DNA of 64,000 nt from Clostridia bacterium (GTDB lineage: Bacteria > Bacillota > Clostridia > Christensenellales > DTU072). Positions 18,809-29,500 of the stretch are shown here, piece after piece. The notes below the pieces were generated by a model that was not told the DNA's origin, did not search any database, and saw only the letters and a program-made list of their open reading frames with translations. Where the stretch lies: positions 57,075-121,074 of the forward strand of contig DAONQC010000005.1 in assembly GCA_035409945.1 (NCBI GenBank). Direction: 5' to 3'. Position 1 is the first letter of the stretch, and the number at the start of each line of letters is the position of its first letter. The position numbers and the translations under genes were made by a program.

Positions 18809-19432
18809 ATGATTAATAAATCTATTTATCCAAAAACCGTACGCATTCCTATTGAGGGCGACCAAGTAGTTATCACCGAAAAGTTAGACGGATCAAATCT
18901 AGTAATCTTCAAATTAAATGGCAAGTTATATGTTGCTGCTAGAAATTGGATATTTGACATTGAAAACCCTGAAGACTTTAATGAAATCAGCTATTCTGGA
19001 CTACAAAATTGGCTCAAAATTTATAAAAGTACACTTCTAGATACATTACAAGAAGGAGTTGCTATATGTGGCGAATGGCTTGGTATGGGAACAATAAAGT
19101 ATTCCATAGATAAATTTGATAAACGATATTATATGTTTGCTACAGCTAATGTTGATAATGATTTTAATTTATCAAACTTGACGTATTACGAAGAATATTT
19201 TGCCCTTCCTTTCACTAACCAAGAAATCCCATACTTCATAGGAATTAGACCTGAAGTGACTAGGACACAAGTTATGCCTAACAAAAAGTTTTTAGACAGC
19301 TTATATGAAAAATATACTAGCGTTGAAAAACGAGATGTCGAAGGATTTATCGTTATAGTAGCAAATACAATCAAAAAGTATGTTCGTTTAAAAGGTGGAA
19401 AACTAATAGAGCATTTTGTTTTAACTGACTAA
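18809..19432 (+). CDS. Standalone RNA ligase family protein (Rnl2-like adenylation domain only)
   Basis: Covalent nucleotidyltransferase motifs I (EKLDGSN), III (ICGEW), IIIa (YYMF), IV (VEGFIV), V (KKYVR); no OB or C-terminal domain. Confidence 0.8.
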   Translation: MINKSIYPKTVRIPIEGDQVVITEKLDGSNLVIFKLNGKLYVAARNWIFDIENPEDFNEISYSGLQNWLKIYKSTLLDTLQEGVAICGEWLGMGTIKYSIDKFDKRYYMFATANVDNDFNLSNLTYYEEYFALPFTNQEIPYFIGIRPEVTRTQVMPNKKFLDSLYEKYTSVEKRDVEGFIVIVANTIKKYVRLKGGKLIEHFVLTD

Positions 19433-19554
19433 AGGCGATAGTCTCACCATCAAAAATATAGCGATTTAAAACAAATTTATATCCCGCCTCGGAAGTTGGC
19501 TTAATGCTAGTAATGATATAAATTGTTGTTTAACACTCAAAAGTTAAACCCAAG

Positions 19555-19583
19555 TACCAGTAATGTTATTGCTGGTATTTTTT
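19555..19583. terminator. Terminator between convergent ligase and GtrA genes
   Basis: TACCAGTAAT-gtt-ATTGCTGGTA followed by a T run. Confidence 0.6.
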
Positions 19584-19610
19584 ATTAGTTTTAATTTAAT
19601 ATGTAGAGAG

Positions 19611-20348
19611 TTACTCGCAAGTTTCGCTATTTTCTTTTTGACGCTTTTTGGTTGCTTTTTCTTTTTCCTTTGCATCGTTAAAAACAAAAAACTTTTGGTA
19701 TAGAAACTCGGTTATACCATTAATTAAAAGTGTTGGAATTTCGACGGCCCAAGGATGAATCCCTAACCCTTTTACTCCCCAAATCCCTGTTGTGAAAGCA
19801 CCTGTCCAAAACATAGAAAGAGGCGTAAATACTGCATAATATAACGCAACTTTAACCATAGCTTTAGGCACATTGACTGCTGACTTAAAGGTAAATTTTC
19901 TATTAAATGTAAAGTTCCAAAGAACCGATAGAATTAACGATATGAGGTGAGATAGCCAAGGCACCAATTTCATTGCATCGTGAAACAGTGCATAAGTGCC
20001 AACTTGTATTGCTCCTGCAGAACCAGCAATTATGAAATACTTTATAGCTTGAAAAATTTCTCTTTTTGCTTTTATTCGTTTTATCTTTTTAGGATCGGTT
20101 TCAGCATCCTCTAACTCTCGTTTTTTCTCTTGCTTTTGTTTTATCTTTTGTATTGGAGTAAGAGGCTTTCCTGCAGCTTCACGCTTAGCATAGTAATGTT
20201 GTAGCCAAACCTTAAACTTAGATGGTTTATTTACTCCAACAGCCGTATCCACCATTTTATCCATAGAGTCATTAGTTATGGTAGTTTCAGGCTCTTGTTC
20301 TTTTAAATCTTTGGTTTCTTCGTCTAAAATAGGTTGATTCTCATCCAT
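19611..20348 (-). CDS. GtrA-family membrane protein with long charged N-terminal extension
   Basis: QAIKYFIIAG..., SVLWNFTFNRKFTFKS, FLYQKFFVF. Confidence 0.85.
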   Translation of the reverse strand: MDENQPILDEETKDLKEQEPETTITNDSMDKMVDTAVGVNKPSKFKVWLQHYYAKREAAGKPLTPIQKIKQKQEKKRELEDAETDPKKIKRIKAKREIFQAIKYFIIAGSAGAIQVGTYALFHDAMKLVPWLSHLISLILSVLWNFTFNRKFTFKSAVNVPKAMVKVALYYAVFTPLSMFWTGAFTTGIWGVKGLGIHPWAVEIPTLLINGITEFLYQKFFVFNDAKEKEKATKKRQKENSETCE

Positions 20349-20422
20349 ACACCGCTCCCAAGGTATATTCTTTTCATCTTGATTATATCTTACCTAAAAC
20401 CTAGTTGTCTAGAGGCGAAAAT

Positions 20423-20653
20423 ACAGAAATTAAATGTATGAAAACAAGGTTTATTATTCACTTTCATTTGCGTGAATGATAGACAGGGACTGAATGAGAG
20501 ACTAGCAGTATCTTTCTAGCTGAGATGTAAAACACTAGCCATGAGTGTTATAAAAACAGAATATTTGTAACAACTAAAGTTAAGCTTTTATTATGTTGGA
20601 CTACTTGAGTGAATGATAGACAAAAGATGCTAGAACAACTGGATGGGAGGCTA
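20423..20653 (-). repeat. Decayed downstream copy of the GH2 gene 3' end (137-bp offset)
   Basis: GTGAATGATAGACA at 20472 and 20609; copy reads VYHSRK* versus gene VYHSLK*. Confidence 0.75.
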
Positions 20654-23117
20654 TCTTTATCATTTCAAGTCTATCTACAAGTCTACTTCCTCTTGGTTTT
20701 ATAACATTTATGGTTTTCACTGAAAGTGCAGCTTGTATATCTTCTAAAGTCTTGTCTGTTTTAATTGTTATGGTCCTAGTTTCACCTGGATACATATCAA
20801 AAAAGTTATCAGAAAACGGGTTTATTTCTCCAGGGAGTCTTAATTCTACAAATCTAGAAAAACAAGGACTGTTTAGTTCAATTTGGCAAACTTCACCTTC
20901 TTTTTTAATGTCCATAATTTTAACTGGTTCTTTTTCTAGGTGCCTGTTTGATTTTAGATATGTTCTCCTCATAATCTCAATACCATCTTTTTCAAGTATG
21001 GTCATTATGTATGTATTTTTGCCAAAGTCCAGCTTATTTAAGGGACATTCTTTTATTACGACAGCCTTACCTTTTTCAATTACGAACTCTTTAACTTCCT
21101 CTATTATTTTACACTTATCTTTTTTATCACCTACACGAATTGTTAGTTTGATTTTTTCGTCAGATAATGTATCGTTAATGCAAACTATCTTAACAACCTT
21201 ATCATCTAAGTATGGGTATGCTACTATCGGCGAAAAGAAGTGTCTTGCCCTATATTGTAATCCTTTATAGTTTCCATAATAGTCAATGCTTGCCCAAGAG
21301 TTAACGCCCCAACAATCATTTAATTGCCAATAAAGTGCTCCGTTACACTCGCCTTTCATAGACCTCCAACCAAGTGTACCTATCTCCATTGTCTCTGCTT
21401 GCACACATTGAGTTAAATAAACATAGTCATCCTTATTTTTCGGAGCATAGAACATTTTATTAACATAATATTTCATTTTAGCATTCCCATGTTCGCATTT
21501 TTGGTGCCTTAACATAATTTTGTTTTCAAGGTCAGCTCCTTCATTTTTTGAAAATATTTCAATAGCATTGAGCGTTGGCATTGATTGCATTCCAAACTCA
21601 GAACAGAATCTTGTTCTTCTTTTGTTGTAATAAGTAGGGTCTAGAAGTCCGTGCCATACTGCCCATAAATGGGTATCTCCACGACTGTCATCGTCTACAC
21701 CTTTTAGAAAAACTCCACTACTTGGTGATGATGCCCAGTATGGTGTAACTGTATCTAATTTAGCAAGTTCAGTTGGCACTATTTCATAGAAAAATGTTTC
21801 ATATTCACTTAGTAGTTTTTGCCTATTTTCTATCCAGCTATCACTAAGAGACTCCATCTCGTTATTTCCGCACCAGATTGCAAGTGATGCTCTATGGCGT
21901 AATCTTTTTACATTATCTTTTAATTCTTGGATAGTTGATGCCAAAAAGTCCTCTCTTAATAAATCATATGCAGCACACGCAAATGGTAAATCCTGCCATA
22001 CTAAAATCCCATACTTATCACAAAGATCATAAAATGTTTCAGTTTCATAATATCCACCGCCCCAAACTCTAAGCATATTCATATTAGCTTTCTTTGCATC
22101 TAAAATAATCTTCTCGAGTTCTTCTTTAGTAGTTTTGGAAACAAAGATATCTGAAGGGATCCAGTTTGCACCTTTTGCAAATATGCGTTCACCGTTTATG
22201 ATAAAACAAAAGTCTTCTCCAAAATCATCTTCTTTCCTATACAGTTCGATTGTCCTTAGCCCAATCTTTTTAGTTATTTCATCCAATACTTCATCAGATT
22301 GGGGATTATATAACGAGATTGTAATTTCATATAACGGTTGATCTCCCAGCCCACTACACCACCAAAGCTCAGGATTTTCTATTGCGCATTTACCAATACC
22401 ACCATCAAATTTAATCTCTAACTTTTCATTACTAGGTGTAGTTACGGTTCCTTTATATACCCCATCACCCTTTTCATCTTTTAATGTAAATTTTAATTCT
22501 ACTCTTTTATCTAAATGGTTTTGGGTAACAATGAAATCGCTAATACGGTTATCGTATGTCAAAATATATGTATCTCTTGTCAATCCACAAGAAATGAACG
22601 TAGGACCCCAGTCCCAGCCGAAATGATATTGAGGAAATCTTACATGAGGATTTCCGTGTATGCCTAAACTACGCTTTGGAAGTTTAAACTGTTCTTGATA
22701 CTTAGCAATTTTATCGTGAGGGGGCTCAAACACTATTCTAATGCTATTTTTGCCTACAGTTACAAATCTTTTGATGTCAAACTCATATATAATGTGAGCG
22801 CTTACTGTTTCACCCACTAGCTCGCCGTTTATATAGATGGTTGCTAAAGTATCTATTTGCTCAAACACAAGTATTAGATTATCTTTAGCAATCTCTTCTT
22901 CAGATATTTTAAAGTCTCTACAAAACTCCCATCTCTTTTCTGAAATCCACTGTAATTTACCTTCATTATCTTCTATTATTGGGTCGTCTATTATCCCTGC
23001 CTTATGAAGACCTACATAGTTACAAGACGGCATCAAAATATCACAAGACTCCTCACCATCTAAGTTTTTAAGTTTCCAAATTCCATTTAAATCAATTTTT
23101 TTCATTTCTCCATCCAC
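20601..23117 (-). CDS. Glycoside hydrolase family 2, beta-mannosidase-like (start possibly 23105)
   Basis: FGWDWGP, WWCSGLGDQPLY, KGANWIP, RVWGGG, WCGNNE, SEFG, YWQLND motifs; no signal peptide. Confidence 0.9.
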   Translation of the reverse strand: MDGEMKKIDLNGIWKLKNLDGEESCDILMPSCNYVGLHKAGIIDDPIIEDNEGKLQWISEKRWEFCRDFKISEEEIAKDNLILVFEQIDTLATIYINGELVGETVSAHIIYEFDIKRFVTVGKNSIRIVFEPPHDKIAKYQEQFKLPKRSLGIHGNPHVRFPQYHFGWDWGPTFISCGLTRDTYILTYDNRISDFIVTQNHLDKRVELKFTLKDEKGDGVYKGTVTTPSNEKLEIKFDGGIGKCAIENPELWWCSGLGDQPLYEITISLYNPQSDEVLDEITKKIGLRTIELYRKEDDFGEDFCFIINGERIFAKGANWIPSDIFVSKTTKEELEKIILDAKKANMNMLRVWGGGYYETETFYDLCDKYGILVWQDLPFACAAYDLLREDFLASTIQELKDNVKRLRHRASLAIWCGNNEMESLSDSWIENRQKLLSEYETFFYEIVPTELAKLDTVTPYWASSPSSGVFLKGVDDDSRGDTHLWAVWHGLLDPTYYNKRRTRFCSEFGMQSMPTLNAIEIFSKNEGADLENKIMLRHQKCEHGNAKMKYYVNKMFYAPKNKDDYVYLTQCVQAETMEIGTLGWRSMKGECNGALYWQLNDCWGVNSWASIDYYGNYKGLQYRARHFFSPIVAYPYLDDKVVKIVCINDTLSDEKIKLTIRVGDKKDKCKIIEEVKEFVIEKGKAVVIKECPLNKLDFGKNTYIMTILEKDGIEIMRRTYLKSNRHLEKEPVKIMDIKKEGEVCQIELNSPCFSRFVELRLPGEINPFSDNFFDMYPGETRTITIKTDKTLEDIQAALSVKTINVIKPRGSRLVDRLEMIKIASHPVVLASFVYHSLK

Positions 23118-23178
23118 CTTTTAATTACTGTGTTTAAAATCATTGTAAGCGTAATTGTTATATAGTCTAGGCCTTAAT

Positions 23179-23455
23179 CTATCTGCGACTGTTATACAGT
23201 GTTAATTTTGATATATTGTCTTTATGAGACGGCTAGAGGGCTTTATTGCACTATCCACGACTGTTATATAGCGTTAGGGGCTTGCTCTGTTCGCCTTTAT
23301 GAGTCCGCCAGCCTTGCTTGCGCTATCTGAGACATTTATGTAGTGATAGACTGCTATTTCCCTTCCCCACATTCTTTCTTACGCTATCTAAGACAGTTAA
23401 TTGGGTCCTTATCTCCTTTTTTAAGCAAATCCTATCTTGCACTACGTGACATTGT
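23179..23455. repeat. Degenerate intergenic tandem array, 4-5 units
   Basis: CTATCnnnGACnnTTA cores at 23179, 23251, 23323, 23384 and weakly 23442 (periods 72, 72, 61, 58); CTTTATGAG shared inside units 1 and 2. Confidence 0.65.
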
Positions 23456-23524
23456 CTTTATTAAAAATGCCACCTATTTAAGTAGCATTTCTAATGTAAT
23501 TACTTTATGAGAATTAGCTCGAGG

Positions 23525-26500
23525 TTATCTTAACCATATATACTTTTCTCTTGCTGAAGAAACAGATGCTGATCTTCTTAACCTAGATATTGTAAATATC
23601 ACAAGGAATAAGAGAAGAATGCCACCTATTATGTATAGTATGGTGAAGTTTTGATATACTACAATTCTTCCTGCTTCATTTGTCATAAATACTATTTCTC
23701 CGTTAGCCATTTGCGAGTTAGGTATGTCTAGTTTTACGCCACTTTCGGTCAAATAGTATGCTCTTGTAAATGCATTAACCTTAATACTTGAATCAACAAA
23801 CTTGACCTTGTATGTCTCATTTTTGTCATCAGCTTTAATTTCTACCTTGTAAGCCTTCAGCACAACATTGCTTGCATTAAAGACAGCATTATCGCTAGTA
23901 TTATCTACTTCCCCGGCTAAATCAGATATTTCTAGGTAAGTTTCTGGTCCAAAACTACCTTCAACCGTTACGTTTGTTGTATTGTCTTTTGCGGTTATTT
24001 CTCCAACATATACCCTTAGCGCATAAGGTAAATACCTAAATTCATAGTTTTTAGCAATTCCACCTTCGGCTACTACTTGATGTAGTCCAGAAGGATATTT
24101 ATTTTTAACTACCACTGGCTTCTTAGTTAAGCTACTCTCGTTTTCGCCGTCAATAAACCCTGAGTACTCAATTGTCCAATTAATTGTTTCGTTTTCCACA
24201 CCTTCATCTTCGGTATATACTGAAACATTTAATGTTTTAGGATTGATTGTTAGTGTAGTACTTCCTTCATATCTTACAACATTGTAGTTAGGATTATTGT
24301 TAGATAAAACTCCTTCGTATCTGCCTACATCCTTTTTCGCACTTGCTCCATCGCCAAAATCAACAGATACAAATCCTTCATCTCCAGTTGCAAGTGAAGA
24401 GTAATCAAATGTAAGGGTATGAGCTTTACCATCATATGTAACTGGTCTCCCACCACCCGACACTCTTACTATTACATCTTGTGGTTTAACGGTGAACTCT
24501 ATTTGGACAGTTTTTGGTAAATAGTTTCTGCTACCTGCAAATTTTACTGTAGCAAAATGCGTTCCTGCTTTAGGCTGTCTACCTTCATACGAATATGAAA
24601 CTTGAGCTTGTGCCTTAAAGTCATCGGTAATTAGTCCGTATGCATGTGCTGTATGTCTTGCAAATCTACCATAAATACCTGGTATAGTGCTATCTAGTGA
24701 TATGTCTACCTCTGCCTTTTCTATTGTAAAGTTTTGTTCTAGAGTTTTTCTATCTAAATCATCATCGTAATCGACAACAACTTTGTACTCACCTACGTTA
24801 ACTGGTAAATCATTAAGTTCTTCTGAAGTTAAAGCATCGAAATATTTAACGGTATAATTATCGGTATATTCTGTAGTTCCTACACCAACAAATATCTCAG
24901 GGCTTATTCCAAGTCCAGTGAATGTGAAAGCCGATCCAGTTATTTCAATTTGTACGCCATCAACAATTTCACAAAGTAAATCTACTATTACAGTCCCATC
25001 TCCTACAGTGTAATTATTGTTGTTAGTTGCTAGAAGTTTTACATGTATAGTTGTTTCGCCGATTTCAGTACTTGCATATTCAGCTGTATGAGAAATTTCA
25101 GCGTTATCTCCACTAAACAAACCATCTATAGTATAATGCTCGTTAAGTAATAATTTTATTGGTCTATATATGTGAGGCGCTGAAACTGTATATACTTTTT
25201 TGGGGACCATAGTTAATGGCGGGGGACTAATCGTTAAATTCGCAGTCAATTCGGTAAATGGTAAAGTATAGTTCATGCTATTTGAATTAAACATAGCAAC
25301 TACTTCTCTAACTCCTACATTAGTGATATTTCCAGCATAATTAACGGTGACTGGTATACCGTCAAATCCAACTGGTAAAACTCCTTCTATTCTTGCTGAT
25401 TGTGATTGCTTATTATATACTTTAGTTTGATTTAAAAATTTGATTTGACTGAAATCATACGCGACTTTTTTAATTGTGAGTGTAGCATTCATTTCTTCTA
25501 CTTCATAATGATTTTCAAAATCACCTGTAAATCTAGCAGCTACAACATATGTCCCAGCATTTTCGTTTTCGTTATTGACATACTCAACTGTTAAACCTTC
25601 TGGAAGATTACCACCTAACAATATTGTTTGAACTTGTCCGTTATAATCAACTATCTTATCTTCAAAGGTTAGACTGCTTGTATTGTAATACGCCTTTTTA
25701 ATAACAAGTCTTGCAATCTTATTCGCTACCGTTTCATAGTTAACTTCATCGCCTATAACCCTAGCAGTAGCCGTGTAAGTTCCAACATTAGTGTACTCGT
25801 TGTTTATATATTCTACAGTCAGTCCAGTTGGTAAACTACCTGCAATTGTAACTGACTTTTTATTCCCGTCATATGTAAATTCCGCATCTGTAAACGTAAT
25901 CCCACTAACATTGTATTTTGCCTTTGCTATGGATATTGAAAACGTTACGCTAGCTTCGTTATAATGATCGGTTTGTGGAACAGATATAGTTATTTCTTTA
26001 CTAAGTGAAGATGGAACATTTTTAAATCTGTTATTTGAATAAACAAGCGTTGCTTCGTTATGATTCAAAGTAGCACCAGAATCTACCACCTGTTCATTGC
26101 CGTTATACACATAATCTTTTACAACATATCTTATATCTATAATAGAGTTTGCTCTTTGTATAACTAGTGTAGCAACCATTACTTTATCGTTATAGTTAAC
26201 TGATGTTAAAGTTGCCTTTATTTGTGTTCCTTCTAAACTAATGCCCGTAACACCGTTTTTAATATATACGATATTTGCTTGGTCTCCTGTATTGTTTGTA
26301 GCATTTGCAGGGACTATATCAATAACGTTATTTGCACTTGTAGCTATCACTGGTTGATTTAAATTAGAAACATTTAAATACCTGGTTGAACCATCATACA
26401 CTACTGTAGTTCCCTCAAAATATACGCCCAACATATCAGCTTTGTTAATACTAAATGTATTAGAGACATTTGCTGGCACTTCATAGTTGTTTGTATATTC

Positions 26501-29500
26501 TGTCCCACCAACTATTGTAACTGTTGCAGTGTACTCCGCTGCAGCTTCGGTTGGGAGTGTAGTAGAATTATATGCAGTTCCACCGTAAGTATTCCCAGTA
26601 TACACAACTGAAAATCCTTGGCTTGCACTATGACTACCTTGCAGTCCTGAAATTTCAACTGTAGCACCTTGTCCGGTTCTGTTGTAGGTATAATTTGAAG
26701 AATTTGTCCAAGTGTATGTTAAAGCAGCTTTTGCTATGGTGAAACTTTTGTTTATAGATGAGTTATAGTTGCCTTGACCAGTTATCACCAAAGTAGCTTC
26801 TCCTGCATTAATGTTATGCAGGTAACTATTTGTGTAATCAGTGCCAGGAATTAAGTTAATACTCCCAAAACTTACTGCACTTACGGGAGTATGAGCTTCC
26901 CCTGTGTATGTGCCTCCTTGAACATCGGTAAAAGTCAAAGTAGATATATCGCGAGGTGTAATCTCAAATGTTTCAACTCTTTCACCAGAATAGTTGCCAG
27001 TTCCTGTTAACACAATCCTTCCACCTGTATTAACATTGACATTATATTCCGTTGTATATGATACTGTATAATCTGTGATTACAGTCTCTCCCCAATTGAG
27101 CTCAAAAGTTTGAGTAATTTGTACCCCAGTGTATGTCTTAGACACAATACCTGTGACCGTTACATCTGCATCGGAAATATTTTTCCTTGTAATTTCAAAT
27201 TTTTCTACACCTCCATTGGTGGCAAATGAAGTGGTATAGTTATTGTTTTCAACTTTAAGCGATACTGATTCAAAGGAATATTTACCCACTTTTTGAACAT
27301 CGCCTATCAAAGATCTTGTAAATACAACTACAATCTGCTCCGCATAGCCACCTGTGACAGTTTGTTCAAATATAGGATCATCGGTACCGAATGGCTTTGA
27401 GAAATTATTAGCAACTACTGATAGATTTAGTGGGTTAATCTTAAATTTATTTTTACCACCGTTTTCGTCAAAAATTAGGTTATAGTTAGTGTTATCTGTC
27501 GATAGCGTTAGTAAATCATAACTTCCTGCATCATTAATGCCTGGAGACGCAGTATCCCTTGTATATGTTATAGTGTATGGAGTATCGTAATATCCAGCTC
27601 TTACTTCTGTTAGCGTTGGGTCATTTTGACCGTAAATCTTTTCAAAATTCTTTGCTACAACCGAAACATTCCTTTGGTTAATTGTAAACTTATCTTTTCC
27701 ACCATCAGGATCAAATGAAATGGTATAACTTGAATCACTAATTAAAACTTCGGTGAAACTATATGTCCCAACATCTTGTAAAGATGTGTCTCTTTTGTAT
27801 GTAACGGTGTAGGGTTTACTATAATAACCGATAAAAGATTGTGAAAAGCTTGGATCCGGCTCACCATAAATTTTACTAGAAGTTTCAGCAGTTATGGTTA
27901 TTGCTCTTGTGTTAATCGTGAATTTATTTAATCCACCATTGGTGTCAAAAGTTATATTATGGTTAGTATCTAGAGTCTCTATACCGGTGAAACTATATGT
28001 CCCAGCTTTTTGATAGCTTTCGCCAGTATTCCTTACATATGTAATCGATATATCTTCATTTTTAGCACCTTTTATGGTGTCTGAGAATTCAGGATCTGAC
28101 TCACCATATGTTTTTTGATATTGCTCAGCTGTTACTTTTTTATTTGCTTTATTAATAGTGAATTTATTTTTTCCACCATTTAACGCAAACTCAACAGTAT
28201 AGTTATTATTCTCAGTTTTTTGACTTACAGAAACAAATGAATATGTGCCTGCGTTATCTAACAAACCATCTGCCCCTAATTCATATACCGCTGTTATTGT
28301 TTCTGTTGATACACCCGTACTAAATTCTTCTTCAAATGCAGGATTGTCTGCACCATATGTTTTTGAAAAGATTCTAGCTGAAACTTTAATATTTTTGGGG
28401 AGTATTTCAAACATATCAGCACCTTTACCCGATTTAATTTCAGCCGTATAGTTATTGTTATTTAACACTTGTACACTTTCAAAACTATAAAGACCGACAT
28501 CTTCTCCTCCATTTCTTGTGTATTTAACTGTAACGGTTTCATCTTCTACTCCAGTTAGAATAACTTCGTTTAAAGCATCGGTTGCACCATACTCTTTAGT
28601 TAAATAACTTGGAGTAACTTCTATGTTAAACTGGGTAATATAGAAACCTTGCGTCTTAGCTGCTGGTAACTTATAGTTAGAATTATCTATTGTATTTGCT
28701 TCTGCAATGTATTGATTACTACTATAGTGAATAGCGTTTTCTGGATTAGTTTTAACAGTTATATTACAAGTATCGCCAATCACTAAGTTACTAACCGTAG
28801 CAGTTGGACGCTGAGCTTTTCCATTATATGGAAGGCTTAAGTTGGTCCAGGATATCACTATTTCTCTTTCTACTATCTGCACCATACCTAATCCACTATT
28901 TTCAACCAAACTACAGGTGTAGTTATCATAGGTTTGATTCAATTCTACGTGGGTTATATCGTATGTACCAACAATGTTTTCACCATTTTTAGTGTACTTA
29001 ACAACTATACTTTCACTTAAAATCCCAGTTTGAACTGTTTCTGTTAAATTTAACTCGTCGCCATAAATTCTATCTATTTTCTTGGGACTAACCGCTACAT
29101 TTAATTTCTCAATTATAAATCCTTTAGTATTATCTGCTGGCAATTTATAGTTGTTGTTACCCAAAGAAGAAGCTGTTGCTGTATAACTTCCTGCATTAGT
29201 CATTTCACCCGTTACTGTAACATAACATGTGTCAGCTCCCACGAGATTGTTTGCTGTTGCAGATGGCTTTTGTTTACTGCCAGTATATGTGAATGTAGTG
29301 TCTCCCCAAACAAGCCCAATAGTTCTTGGTATTATCTCAAACCGTTGTGTCCCAGAACCTTCAAGTAAGGTACACTCATAGTTATTGAAAGACCCATTTA
29401 ATGTAACTGCATAGATATCGTATTTCCCCACAGTATTATCACCATGCCTACTGTATGTAACATTTATAGTTTCTGAAAGTATGGTGGTAGGTACGGTTGC

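Noticed and set aside
15664..19600. Intact integrative element or prophage
   Set aside because: No integrase, transposase or phage genes and no flanking direct repeats found
23179..23455. CRISPR array
   Set aside because: Repeats too degenerate, spacing uneven, spacers resemble each other, no cas genes
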